From Eledone cirrhosa (lineage: Eukaryota), in contig OZ024741.1 of assembly GCA_964016885.1 (NCBI GenBank), positions 20,894,001-20,958,000 on the forward strand: DNA of 64,000 bases, read 5' to 3'. How positions within the stretch are numbered: the first letter of the stretch is position 1; each line of letters starts with the position of its first letter. Of the stretch, positions 1 to 14,800 are shown piece after piece. The position numbers were made by a program, and so were the translations under genes. Under the pieces are notes generated by a model. It saw only the letters and a program-made list of their open reading frames with translations. It did not search any database and was not told where the DNA came from.

Positions 1-3000
1 CTGAAGACGAGCTAAGACAACCAATAAGATGGTGGAACTTGGGGAGTGAAGACCAGCTGAGACAACCAATTAGATGGTGGAACTTGGGGACTGAAGACCA
101 GCTATGACAACGAATTAGATGGTGGAACTTGGGGAGTGAAGACCAGCTAAGACAACCAATTAGATGGTGGAACTTAGAGAGAGAAGACCAGATAAGACAA
201 CCAATTAGATGGTGGAACTTGGGGAGTGAGACCAGCTAAGACAACCAATAAGATGGTGGAACTTGGGGACTGAAGACCAGCTATGACAACGAATTAGATG
301 GTGGAACTTGGGGAGTGAGACCAGCTAAGACAACCAATAAGATGGTGGAACTTGGGGAGTGAAGACCAGCTAAGACAACCAATTAGATGGTGGAACTTGG
401 GGAGTGAAGACCAGCTAAGACAACCAATTAGATGGTGGAACTTGGGGAGTGAAGACCAGCTAAGACAACCAATTAGATGGTGGAACTTAGAGGGTGAAGA
501 CCAGCGAAGACAACCAATTAGATGGTGGAAATAGGAGAGTGAAGACCAGCTAAGACAACCAATTAGATGGTGGAACTTGGGGAGTGAAGACCAGCTAAGA
601 CAACCAATTAGATGGTGGAACTTAGAGGGTGAAGACCAGCTAAGACAACCAATTAGATGATGGAACTTGGGGAGAAAAGACCAGCTAAGACAACCAATTA
701 GATGGTGGAACTTGGGGAGTGAAGACCTGCTAAGACACCCAATTAGATGGTGGAATTTGGGAAGAGAAGACCAGCTAAGACAACCAATTAGATGGTGGAA
801 CTTGGAGAGTGAAGACCAGCTAAGACAACCAATTAGATGGTGGAACTTAGAGGGTGAAGACCAGCTAAGACAACCAATTAGATGATGGAACTTGGGGAGA
901 AAAGACCAGCTAAGACAACCAATTAGATGGTGGAACTTGGGGAGTGAAGACCAGCTAAGACAACCAATTAGATGGTGGAACTTAGAGGGTGAAGACCAGC
1001 GAAGACAACCAATTAGATGGTGGAACTAGGAGAGTGAAGACCAGCTAAGAGAACGAATTAGATGGTGGAACTAGGAGAGTGAAGACCAGCTAAGACAGCC
1101 AATTAGAGGGTGAAGACCAGCTAAGAGAACGAATTAGAAGGTGGAACTTGGGGAGAGAAGACCAGCTAAGACAACCAATTAGAAGGTGGAACTTGGGGAG
1201 AGAAGACCAGCTAAGACAACCAATTAGATGGTGGAACTTGGAGAGTGAAGACCAGCTAAGACAACCAATTAGATGGTGGAACTTGGAGAGAGAAGACCAG
1301 CTAAGAAAACCAATTAGATGGTGGAACTTGGAGAGTGAAGACCAGCTAAGAGAACCAATTAGATGGTGGAACATGTGGACTGAAGACCAGCTAAGACAAC
1401 CAATTAGATGGTGGAACTTGGGGAGTGAAGACCAGCTAAGAAAACCAGTTATATGGTGGAACTTGGAGAGTGAAGACCAGCTAAGAGAACGAATTAGATA
1501 GTGGAACTTGGAGAGTGAAGACCAGCTAAGACAACCAATTAGATGGTGGAACTTAGAGGGTGAAGACCAGCTAAGACAACCAATTAGATGATGGAACTTG
1601 GGGAGAAAAGACCAGCTAAGACAACCAATTAGATGGTGGAACTTGGGGAGTGAAGACCAGCTAAGACAACCAATTAGATGGTGGAACTTGGAGAGTGAAG
1701 ACCAGCTAAGACAACCAATTAGATGGTGGAACTTGGAGAGTGAAGACCAGCTAAGACAACCAATTAGATGGTGGAACTTGGGGAGTGAAGACCAGCTAAG
1801 ACAACCAATTAGATGGTGGAATAGTGGAATGAAGACCAGCTAAGACAACCAATTAGATGGTGGAACTTGGGGAGTGAAGACCAGCTAAGAAAACCAGTTA
1901 TATGGTGGAACTTGGAGAGTGAAGACCAGCTAAGAGAACGAATTAGATAGTGGAACTTGGAGAGTGAAGACCAGCTAAGACAACCAATTAGATGGTGGAA
2001 CTTGGAGAGTGAAGACCAGCTAAGACAACCAATTAGATGGTGGAACTTAGAGGGTGAAGACCAGCTAAGACAACCAATTAGATGATGGAACTTGGGGAGA
2101 ATAGACCAGCTAAGACAACCAATTAGATGGTGGAACTTGGGGAGTGAAGACCAGCTAAGACAACCAATTAGATGGTGGAACTTGGAGAGTGAAGACCAGC
2201 TAAGACAACCAATTAGATGGTGGAACTTGGGGAGTGAAGAACAGCTAAGACAACCAATTAGATGGTGGAACTTGGGGAGTGTAGACCAGCTAAGACAACC
2301 AATTAGATGGTGGAACTTAGAGGGTGAAGACCAGCGAAGACAACCAATTAGATGGTGGAACTAGGAGAGTGAAGACCAGCTAAGACAACCAATTAGAGGG
2401 TGAAGACCAGCTAAGACAACCAATTAGATGGTGGAACTTGGGGAGTGAAGACCAGCTAAGACAACCAATTAGATGGTGGAATTTGGGAAGAGAAGACCAG
2501 CTAAGAGAACGAATTAATGGTGGAACTAGGAGAGTGAAGACCAGCTAAGACAGCCAATTAGAGGGTGAAGACCAGCTAAGAGAACGAATTAGAAGGTGGA
2601 ACTTGGGGAGAGAAGACCAGCTAAGACAACCAATTAGATGGTGGAACTTGGGGAGTGAAGACCAGCTAAGACAACCAATTAGATGGTGGAACTTTGAGAG
2701 AGAAAACGAACTAAGAAAACCAATTAGATGGTGGAACTTGGAGAGTGAAGACCAGCTAAGAAAACCAATTAGATGGTGGAACATGTGGACTGAAGACGAG
2801 CTAAGACAACCAATAAGATGGTGGAACTTGGGGAGTGAAGACCAGCTGAGACAACCAATTAGATGGTGGAACTTGGGGACTGAAGACCAGCTATGACAAC
2901 GAATTAGATGGTGGAACTTGGGGAGTGAAGACCAGCTAAGACAACCAATTAGATGGTGGAACTTGGGGAGTGAAGACCAGCTAAGACAACCAATTAGATG

Positions 3001-6000
3001 GTGGAACTTAGAGGGTGAAGACCATCGAAGACAACCAATTAGATGGTGGAAATAGGAGAGTGAAGACCAGCTAAGACAGCCAATTAGAGGGTGAAGACCA
3101 GCTAAGACAACAAATTAGATGGTGGAACTTGGGGAGTGAAGACCTGCTAAGACACCCAATTAGATGGTGGAATTTGGGAAGAGAAGACCAGCTAAGACAA
3201 CCAATTAGATGGTGGAACTTGGAGAGTGAAGACCAGCTAAGACAACCAATTAGATGGTGGAACTTGGAGAGTGAAGACCAGCTAAGACAACCAATTAGAT
3301 GGTGGAACTTGGGGAGTGAAGACCAGCTAAGACAACCAATTAGATGGTGGAATAGTGGAATGAAGACCAGCTAAGACAACCAATTAGATGGTGGAACTTG
3401 GGGAGTGAAGACCAGCTAAGAAAACCAGTTATATGGTGGAACTTGGAGAGTGAAGACCAGCTAAGAGAACGAATTAGATAGTGGAACTTGGAGAGTGAAG
3501 ACCAGCTAAGACAACCAATTAGATGGTGGAACTTGGAGAGTGAAGACCAGCTAAGACAACAAATTAGATGGTGGAACTTGGAGAGTGAAGACCAGCTAAG
3601 ACAACCAATTAGATGGTGGAACTTAGAGGGTGAAGACCAGCTAAGACAACCAATTAGATGATGGAACTTGGGGAGAAAAGACCAGCTAAGACAACCAATT
3701 AGATGGTGGAACTTGGGGAGTGAAGACCAGCTAAGACAACCAATTAGATGGTGGAACTTAGAGGGTGAAGACCAGCGAAGACAACCAATTAGATGGTGGA
3801 ACTAGGAGAGTGAAGACCAGCTAAGAGAACGAATTAGATGGTGGAACTAGGAGAGTGAAGACCAGCTAAGACAGCCAATTAGAGTGTGAAGACCAGCTAA
3901 GAGAACGAATTAGAAGGTGGAACTTGGGGAGAGAAGACCAGCTAAGACAACCAATTAGAAGGTGGAACTTGGGGAGAGAAGACCAGCTAAGACAACCAAT
4001 TAGATGGTGGAACTTGGAGAGTGAAGACCAGCTAAGACAACCAATTAGATGGTGGAACTTGGAGAGAGAAGACCAGCTAAGAAAACCAATTAGATGGTGG
4101 AACTTGGAGAGTGAAGACCAGCTAAGAGAACCAATTAGATGGTGGAACATGTGGACTGAAGACCAGCTAAGACAACCAATAAGATGGTGGAACTTGGGGA
4201 GTGAAGACCAGCTGAGACAACCAATTAGATGGTGGAACTTGGGGACTGAAGACCAGCTAAGACAACCAATTAGATGGTGGAACTTGGGGAGTGAAGACCA
4301 GCTAAGACAACCAATTAGATGGTGGAACTTAGAGAGAGAAGACCAGATAAGACAACCAATTAGATGATGGAACTTGGGGAGAAAAGACCAGCTAAGACAA
4401 CCAATTAGATGGTGGAACTTGGGGAGTGAAGACCAGCTAAGACAACAAATTAGATGGTGGAACTTGGAGAGTGAAGACCAGCTAAGACAACCAATTAGAT
4501 GGTGGAACTTAGAGGGTGAAGACCAGCTAAGACAACCAATTAGATGATGGAACTTGGGGAGAAAAGACCAGCTAAGACAACCAATTAGATGGTGGAACTT
4601 GGGGAGTGAAGACCAGCTAAGACAAACAATTAGATGGTGGAACTTGGGGAGTGAAGAACAGCTAAGACAACCAATTAGATGGTGGAACTTGGGGAGTGTA
4701 GACCAGCTAAGACAACCAATTAGATGGTGGAACTTAGTGGGTGAAGACCAGCGAAGACAACCAATTAGATGGTGGAACTAGGAGAGTGAAGACCAGCTAA
4801 GACAACCAATTAGAGGGTGAAGACCAGCTAAGACAACCAATTAGATGGTGGAACTTGGGGAGTGAAGACCAGCTAAGACAACCAATTAGATGGTGGAATT
4901 TGGGAAGAGAAGACCAGCTAAGAGAACGAATTAATGGTGGAACTAGGAGAGTGAAGACCAGCTAAGACAGCCAATTAGAGGGTGAAGACCAGCTAAGAGA
5001 ACGAATTAGAAGGTGGAACTTGGGGAGAGAAGGCCAGCTAAGACAACCAATTAGATGGTCGAACTTGGGGAGTGAAGACCAGCTAAGACAACCAATTAGA
5101 TGGTGGAACTTTGAGAGAGAAGACGAGCTAAGAAAACCAATTAGATGGTGGAACTTGGAGAGTGAAGACCAGCTAAGAAAACCAATTAGATGGTGGAACA
5201 TGTGGACTGAAGACGAGCTAAGACAACCAATAAGATGGTGGAACTTGGGGAGTGAAGACCAGCTGAGACAACCAATTAGATGGTGGAACTTGGGGACTGA
5301 AGACCAGCTAAGACAACCAATTAGATGGTGGAACTTGGGGAGTGAAGACCAGCTAAGACAACCAATTAGATAGTGGAACTTAGAGAGAGAAGACCAGATA
5401 AGACAACCAATTAGATGGTGGAACTTGGGGAGTGAAGACCAGCTAAGACAACCAATTAGATGGTGGAACTTGGGGAGTGAAGACCAGCTAAGACAACCAA
5501 TTAGATGCTGGAACTTGGGGAGTGAAGACCAGCTAATACAACCAATTAGATGGTGGAACCTAGAGGGTGAAGACCATCGAAGACAACCAATTAGATGGTG
5601 GAAATAGGAGAGTGAAGACCAGCTAAGACAGCCAATTAGAGGGTGAAGACCAGCTAAGACAACAAATTAGATGGTGGAACTTGGGGAGTGAAGACCTGCT
5701 AAGACACCCAATTAGATGGTGGAATTTGGGAAGAGAAGACCAGCTAAGACAACCAATTAGATGGTGGAACTTGGAGAGTGAAGACCAGCTAAGACAACCA
5801 ATTAGATGGTGGAACTTGGAGAGTGAAGACCAGCTAAGACAACCAATTAGATGGTGGAACTTGGGGAGTGAAGACCAGCTAAGACAACCAATTAGATGGT
5901 GGAACTTGGAGAGTGAAGACCAGCTAAGACAACCAAATAGATGGTGGAACTTGGGGAGTGAAGACCAGCTAAGACAACCAATTAGATGGTGGAACTTAGA

Positions 6001-7757
6001 GGATGAAGACCAGCGAAGACAACCAATTAGATGGTGGAACTAGGAGAGTGAAGACCAGCTAAGAGAACGAATTAGATGGTGGAACTAGGAGAGTGAAGAC
6101 CAGCTAAGACAGCCAATTAGAGGGTGAAGACCAGCTAAGAGAACGAATTAGAAGGTGGAACTTGGGGAGAGAAGACCAGCTAAGACAACCAATTAGAAGG
6201 TGGAACTTGGGGAGAGAAGACCAGCTAAGACAACCAATTAGATGGTGGAACTTGGAGAGTGAAGACCAGCTAAGACAACCAATTAGATGGTGGAACTTGG
6301 AGAGAGAAGACCAGCTAAGAAAACCAATTAGATGGTGGAACTTGGAGAGTGAAGACCAGCTAAGAGAACCAATTAGATGGTGGAACATGTGGACTGAAGA
6401 CCAGCTAAGACAACCAATAAGATGGTGGAACTTGGGGAGTGAAGACCAGCTGAGACAACCAATTAGATGGTGGAACTTGGGGACTGAAGACCAGCTAAGA
6501 CAACCAATTAGATGGTGGAACTTGGGGAGTGAAGACCAGCTAAGACAACCAATTAGATGGTGGAACTTAGAGAGAGAAGACCAGATAAGACAACCAATTA
6601 GATGGTGGAACTTGGGGAGTGAAGACCAGCTAAGACAACCAATTAGAAGGTGGAACTTGGGGAGTGAAGACCAGCTAAGACAACCAATTAGATGGTGGAA
6701 CTTGGGGACTGAAGACCAGCTAAGACAACCAATTAGATGGTGGAACTTGGGGAGTGAAGACCAGCTAAGACAACCAATTAGATGGTGGAACTTAGAGGGT
6801 GAAGACCAGCGAAGACAACCAATTAGATGGTGGAAATAGGAGAGTGAAGACCAGCTAAGACAGCCAATTAGAGGGTGAAGACCAGCTAAGACAACAAATT
6901 AGATGGTGGAACTTGGGGAGTGAAGACCTGCTAAGACACCCAATTAGATGGTGGAATTTGGGATGAGAAGACCAGCTAAGACAACCAATTAGATGGTGGA
7001 ACTTGGAGAGTGAAGACCAGCTAAGACAACCAATTAGATGGTGGAACTTGGAGAGTGAAGACCAGCTAAGACAACCAATTAGAAGGTGGAACTTGGGGAG
7101 TGAAGACCAGCTAAGACAACCAATTAGATGGTGGAATTATGGAATGAAGACCAGCTAAGACAACCAATTAGATGGTGGAACTTGGGGAGTGAAGACCAGC
7201 TAAGAAAACCAGTTATATGGTGGAACTTGGAGAGTGAAGACCAGCTAAGAGAACGAATTAGATGGTGGAACTAGGAGAGTGAAGACCAGCTAAGACAGCC
7301 AATTAGAGGGTGAAGACCAGCTAAGAGAACGAATTAGAAGGTGGAACTTGGGGAGAGAAGACCAGCTAAGACAACCAATTAGATGGTGGAACTTGGGGAG
7401 TGAAGACCAGCTAAGACAACCAATTAGATGGTGGAACTTGGAGAGAGAAGACCAGCTAAGAAAACCAATTAGATGGTGGAACTTGGAGAGTGAAGACCAG
7501 CTAAGAGAACCAATTAGATGGTGGAACATGTGGACTGAAGACCAGCTAAGACAACCAATAAGATGGTGGAACTTGGGGAGTGAAGACCAGCTGAGACAAC
7601 CAATTAGATGGTGCAACTTGGAGAGTGAAGACCAGATAAGACAACCAATTAGATGGTGGAACTTGGGGACTGAAGACCAGCTAAGACAACCAATTAGATG
7701 GTGGAACTTGGGGAGTGAAGACCAGCTAAGACAACCAATTAGATGGTGGAACTAGGA

Positions 7758-10700
7758 GAGTGAAGACCAGCTAAGACAACCAATTAGAGGGTGAAGACCA
7801 GCTAAGACAGCCAATTAGATGGTGGAACTTGGGGAGTGAAGACCAGCTAAGACAACCAATTAGATGGTGGAATTTGGGAAGAGAAGACCAGCTAAGACAA
7901 CCAATTAGATGGTGGAACTTGGAGAGTGAAGACCAGATAAGACAACCAATTAGATGGTGGAACTTGGGGACTGAAGACCAGCTAAGACAACCAATTAGAT
8001 GGTGGAACTTGGGGACTGAAGACCAGCTAAGACAACCAATTAGATGGTGGAACTTAGAGAGAGAAGACCAGATAAGACAACCAATTAGATGGTGGAACTT
8101 GGAGAGTGAAGACCAGCTAAGACAACCAAATAGATGGTGGAACTTGGGGAGTGAAGACCAGCTAAGACAACCAATTAGATGGTGGAACTTGGGAAGTGAA
8201 GAACAGCTAAGACAACCAATTAGATGGTGGAACTTGGGGAGTGTAGACCAGCTAAGACAACCAATTAGATGGTGGAACTTAGAGGGTGAAGACCAGCGAA
8301 GACAACCAATTAGATGGTGGAACTAGGAGAGTGAAGACCAGCTAAGACAACCAATTAGAGGCTGAAGACCAGCTAAGACAACCAATTAGATGGTGGAAAT
8401 TGGGGAGTGAAGACCAGCTAAGACAACCAATTAGATGGTGGAATTTGGGAAGAGAAGACCAGCTAAGACAACCAATTAAATGGTGGAACTTGGAGAGTGA
8501 AGACCAGCTAAGAGAACGAATTAGATGGTGGAACTAGGAGAGTGAAGACCAGCTAAGACAGCCAATTAGAGGGTGAAGACCAGCTAAGAGAACGAATTAG
8601 AAGGTGGAACTTGGGGAGAGAAGACCAGCTAAGACAACCAATTAGATGGTGGAACTTGGGGAGTGAAGACCAGCTAAGACAACCAATTAGATGGTGGAAC
8701 ATGGAGAGAGAAGACCAGCTAAGAAAACCAATTAGATGGTGGAACTTGGAGAGTGAAGACCAGCTAAGAGAACCAATTAGATGGTGGAACATGTGGACTG
8801 AAGACCAGCTAAGACAACCAATAAGATGGTGGAACTTGGGGAGTGAAGACCAGCTGAGACAACCAATTATATGGTGGAACTTGGGGACTGAAGACCAGCT
8901 AAGACAACCAATTAGATGGTGGAACTTAGAGAGAGAAGACCAGATAAGACAACCAATTAGATGGTGGAACTTGGGGAGTGAAGACCAGCTAAGACAACCA
9001 ATTAGAAGGTGGAACTTGGGAAGTGAAGACCAGCTAAGACAACCAATTAGATGGTGGAACTTGGGGAGTGAAGACCAGCTAAGACAACCAATTAGATGGT
9101 GGAACTTGGGGAGTGAAGACCAGCTAAGACAACCAATTAGATGGTGGAACTTAGAGAGTGAAGACCAGCGAAGACAACCAATTAGATGGTGGAAATAGGA
9201 GAGTGAAGACCAGCTAAGACAGCCAATTAGAGGGTGAAGACCAGCTAAGACAACAAATTAGATGGTGGAACTTGGGGAGTGAAGACCTGCTAAGACACCC
9301 AATTAGATGATGGAATTTGGGAAGAGAAGACCAGCTAAGACAACCAATTAGATGGTGGACCTTGGAGAGTGAAGACCAGCAAAGACAACCAATTAGATGG
9401 TGGAACTTGGAGAGTGAAGAGCAGCTAAGACAACCAATTAGATGGTGGAACTTGGGGAGTGAAGACCAGCTAAGACAACCAATTAGATGGTGGAATAGTG
9501 GAATGAAGACCAGCTAAGACAACCAATTAGATGGTGGAACTTGGGGAGTGAAGACCAGCTAAGAAAACCAGTTATATGGTGGAACTTGGAGAGTGAAGAC
9601 CAGCTAAGAGAACGAATTAGATGGTGGAACTAGGAGAGTGAAGACCAGCTAAGACAGCCAATTAGAGGGTGAAGACCAGCTAAGAGAACGAATTAGAAGG
9701 TGGAACTTGGGGAGAGAAGACCAGCTAAGACAACCAATTAGATGGTGGAACTTGGGGAGTGAAGACCAGCTAAGACAACCAATTAGAGGGTGAAGACCAG
9801 CTAAGACAGCCAATTAGATGGTGGAACTTGGGGAGTGAAGACCAGCTAAGACAACCAATTAGATGGTGGAATTTGGGAAGAGAAGACCAGCTAAGACAAC
9901 CAATTAGATGGTGGAACTTGGAGAGTGAAGACCAGATAAGACAACCAATTAGATGGTGGAACTTGGGGACTGAAGACCAGCTAAGACAACCAATTAGATG
10001 GTGGAACTTGGGGACTGAAGACCAGCTAAGACAACCAATTAGATGGTGGAACTTAGAGAGAGAAGACCAGATAAGACAACCAATTAGATGGTGGAACTTG
10101 GAGAGTGAAGACCAGCTAAGACAACCAAATAGATGGTGGAACTTGGGGAGTGAAGACCAGCTAAGACAACCAATTAGATGGTGGAACTTGGGAAGTGAAG
10201 AACAGCTAAGACAACCAATTAGATGGTGGAACTTGGGGAGTGTAGACCAGCTAAGACAACCAATTAGATGGTGGAACTTAGAGGGTGAAGACCAGCGAAG
10301 ACAACCAATTAGATGGTGGAACTAGGAGAGTGAAGACCAGCTAAGACAACCAATTAGAGGCTGAAGACCAGCTAAGACAACCAATTAGATGGTGGAAATT
10401 GGGGAGTGAAGACCAGCTAAGACAACCAATTAGATGGTGGAATTTGGGAAGAGAAGACCAGCTAAGACAACCAATTAAATGGTGGAACTTGGAGAGTGAA
10501 GACCAGCTAAGAGAACGAATTAGATGGTGGAACTAGGAGAGTGAAGACCAGCTAAGACAGCCAATTAGAGGGTGAAGACCAGCTAAGAGAACGAATTAGA
10601 AGGTGGAACTTGGGGAGAGAAGACCAGCTAAGACAACCAATTAGATGGTGGAACTTGGGGAGTGAAGACCAGCTAAGACAACCAATTAGATGGTGGAACA

Positions 10701-11526
10701 TGGAGAGAGAAGACCAGCTAAGAAAACCAATTAGATGGTGGAACTTGGAGAGTGAAGACCAGCTAAGAGAACCAATTAGATGGTGGAACATGTGGACTGA
10801 AGACCAGCTAAGACAACCAATAAGATGGTGGAACTTGGGGAGTGAAGACCAGCTGAGACAACCAATTATATGGTGGAACTTGGGGACTGAAGACCAGCTA
10901 AGACAACCAATTAGATGGTGGAACTTAGAGAGAGAAGACCAGATAAGACAACCAATTAGATGGTGGAACTTGGGGAGTGAAGACCAGCTAAGACAACCAA
11001 TTAGAAGGTGGAACTTGGGAAGTGAAGACCAGCTAAGACAACCAATTAGATGGTGGAACTTGGGGAGTGAAGACCAGCTAAGACAACCAATTAGATGGTG
11101 GAACTTGGGGAGTGAAGACCAGCTAAGACAACCAATTAGATGGTGGAACTTAGAGAGTGAAGACCAGCGAAGACAACCAATTAGATGGTGGAAATAGGAG
11201 AGTGAAGACCAGCTAAGACAGCCAATTAGAGGGTGAAGACCAGCTAAGACAACAAATTAGATGGTGGAACTTGGGGAGTGAAGACCTGCTAAGACACCCA
11301 ATTAGATGGTGGAATTTGGGAAGAGAAGACCAGCTAAGACAACCAATTAGATGGTGGACCTTGGAGAGTGAAGACCAGCAAAGACAACCAATTAGATGGT
11401 GGAACTTGGAGAGTGAAGACCAGCTAAGACAACCAATTAGATGGTGGAACTTGGGGAGTGAAGACCAGCTAAGACAACCAATTAGATGGTGGAATAGTGG
11501 AATGAAGACCAGCTAAGACAACCAAT
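7758..11526 (+). repeat. Near-tandem duplication of a ~1.77-kb block, offset 1,999 bp
   Basis: Identical ORFs at 7829/9828, 8553/10552 and 8611/10610. Shared rare variants GAGGCTGAAG, ATTAAATGG, AACATGGAGAGAG, GGACCTTGG and CAGCAAAGAC. Confidence 0.9.
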
Positions 11527-11889
11527 AAGATGGTGGAACTTGGGGAGTGAAGACCAGCTGAGACAACCAATTAGATGGTGGAACTTGGAGAGTGAAGACC
11601 AGATAAGACAACCAATTAGATGGTGGAACTTGGGGACTGAAGACCAGCTAAGACAACCAATTAGATGGTGGAACTTGGGGACTGAAGACCAGCTAAGACA
11701 ACCAATTAGATGGTGGAACTTAGAGAGAGAAGACCAGATAAGACAACCAATTAGATGGTGGAACTTGGAGAGTGAAGACCAGCTAAGACAACCAATTAGA
11801 TGGTGGAACTTGGGGAGTGAAGACCAGCTAAGACAACCAATTAGATGGTGGAACTTGGGGAGTGAAGAACAGCTAAGACAACCAATTAG

Positions 11890-14800
11890 ATGGTGGAACT
11901 TGGGGAGTGTAGACCAGCTAAGACAACCAATTAGATGGTGGAACTTAGTGGGTGAAGACCAGCGAAGACAACCAATTAGATGGTGGAACTAGGAGAGTGA
12001 AGACCAGCTAAGACAACCAATTAGAGGGTGAAGACCAGCTAAGACAACCAATTAGATGGTGGAACTTGGGGAGTGAAGACCAGCTAAGACAACCAATTAG
12101 ATGGTGGAATTTGGGAAGAGAAGACCAGCTAAGAGAACGAATTAATGGTGGAACTAGGAGAGTGAAGACCAGCTAAGACAGCCAATTAGAGGGTGAAGAC
12201 CAGCTAAGAGAACGAATTAGAAGGTGGAACTTGGGGAGAGAAGGCCAGCTAAGACAACCAATTAGATGGTGGAACTTGGGGAGTGAAGACCAGCTAAGAC
12301 AACCAATTAGATGGTGGAACTTGGAGAGTGAAGACCAGCTAAGACAACAAATTAGATGGTGGAACTTGGAGAGTGAAGACCAGCTAAGACAACCAATTAG
12401 ATGGTGGAACTTAGAGGGTGAAGACCAGCTAAGACAACCAATTAGATGATGGAACTTGGGGAGAATAGACCAGCTAAGACAACCAATTAGATGGTGGAAC
12501 TTGGGGAGTGAAGACCAGCTAAGACAACCAATTAGATGGTGGAACTTGGGGAGTGAAGACCAGCTAAGACAACCAATTAGAATGTGGAACTTGGGGAGTG
12601 AAGAACAGCTAAGACAACCAATTAGATGGTGGAACTTGGGGAGTGTAGACCAGCTAAGACAACCAATTAGATGGTGGAACTTAGAGGGTGAAGACCAGCG
12701 AAGACAACCAATTAGATGGTGGAACTAGGAGAGTGAAGACCAGCTAAGACAACCAATTAGAGGGTGAAGACCAGCTAAGACAACCAATTAGATGGTGGAA
12801 CTTGGGGAGTGAAGACCAGCTAAGACAACCAATTAGATGGTGGAATTTGGGAAGAGAAGACCAGCTAAGAGAACGAATTAATGGTGGAACTAGGAGAGTG
12901 AAGACCAGCTAAGACAGCCAATTAGAGGGTGAAGACCAGCTAAGAGAACGAATTAGAAGGTGGAACTTGGGGAGAGAAGACCAGCTAAGACAACCAATTA
13001 GATGGTGGAACTTGGGGAGTGAAGACCAGCTAAGACAACCAATTAGATGGTGGAACTTTGAGAGAGAAGACGAGCTAAGAAAACCAATTAGATGGTGGAA
13101 CTTGGAGAGTGAAGACCAGCTAAGAAAACCAATTAGATGGTGGAACATGTGGACTGAAGACGAGCTAAGACAACCAATAAGATGGTGGAACTTGGGGAGT
13201 GAAGACCAGCTGAGACAACCAATTAGATGGTGGAACTTGGGGACTGAAGACCAGCTATGACAACCAATTAGATGGTGGAACTTGGGGAGTGAAGACCAGC
13301 TAAGACAACCAATTAGATGGTGGAACTTAGAGAGAGAAGACCAGATAAGACAACCAATTACATGGTGGAACTTGGGGAGTGAAGACCAGCTAAGACAACC
13401 AATTAGATGGTGGAACTTGGGGAGTGAAGACCAGCTAAGACAACCAATTAGATGGTGGAACTTGGGGAGTGAAGACCAGCTAAGACAACCAATTAGATGG
13501 TGGAACTTAGAGGGTGAAGACCATCGAAGACAACCAATTAGATGGTGGAAATAGGAGAGTGAAGACCAGCTAAGACAGCCAATTAGAGGGTGAAGACCAG
13601 CTAAGACAACAAATTAGATGGTGGAACTTGGGGAGTGAAGACCTGCTAAGACACCCAATTAGATGGTGGAATTTGGGAAGAGAAGACCAGCTAAGACAAC
13701 CAATTAGATGGTGGAACTTGGAGAGTGAAGACCAGCTAAGACAACCAATTAGATGGTGGAACTTGGAGAGTGAAGACCAGCTAAGACAACCAATTAGATG
13801 GTGGAACTTGGGGAGTGAAGACCAGCTAAGACAACCAATTAGATGGTGGAATAGTGGAATGAAGACCAGCTAAGACAACCAATTAGATGGTGGAACTTGG
13901 GGAGTGAAGACCAGCTAAGAAAACCAGTTATATGGTGGAACTTGGAGAGTGAAGACCAGCTAAGAGAACGAATTAGATAGTGGAACTTGGAGAGTGAAGA
14001 CCAGCTAAGACAACCAATTAGATGGTGGAACATGGAGAGTGAAGACCAGCTAAGACAACAAATTAGATGGTGGAACTTGGAGAGTGAAGACCAGCTAAGA
14101 CAACCAATTAGATGGTGGAACTTAGAGGGTGAAGACCAGCTAAGACAACCAATTAGATGATGGAACTTGGGGAGAAAAGACCAGCTAAGACAACCAATTA
14201 GATGGTGGAACTTGGGGAGTGAAGACCAGCTAAGACAACCAATTAGATGGTGGAACTTAGAGGGTGAAGACCAGCGAAGACAACCAATTAGATGGTGGAA
14301 CTAGGAGAGTGAAGACCAGCTAAGACAACCAATTAGAGGGTGAAGACCAGCTAAGACAACCAATTAGATGGTGGAACTTGGGGAGTGAAGACCAGCTAAG
14401 ACAACCAATTAGATGGTGGATTTTGCGAAGAGAAGACCAGCTAAGACAACCAATTAGATGGTGGAACTTGGAGAGTGAAGACCAGCTAAGAGAACGAATT
14501 AGATGGTGGAACTAGGAGAGTGAAGACCAGCTAAGACAGCCAATTAGAGGGTGAAGACCAGCTAAGAGAACGAATTAGAAGGTGGAACTTGGGGAGAGAA
14601 GACCAGCTAAGACAACCAATTAGAAGGTGGAACTTGGGGAGAGAAGACCAGCTAAGACAACCAATTAGATGGTGGAACTTGGAGAGTGAAGACCAGCTAA
14701 GACAACCAATTAGATGGTGGAACTTGGAGAGAGAAGACCAGCTAAGAAAACCAATTAGATGGTGGAACTTGGAGAGTGAAGACCAGCTAAGAGAACCAAT

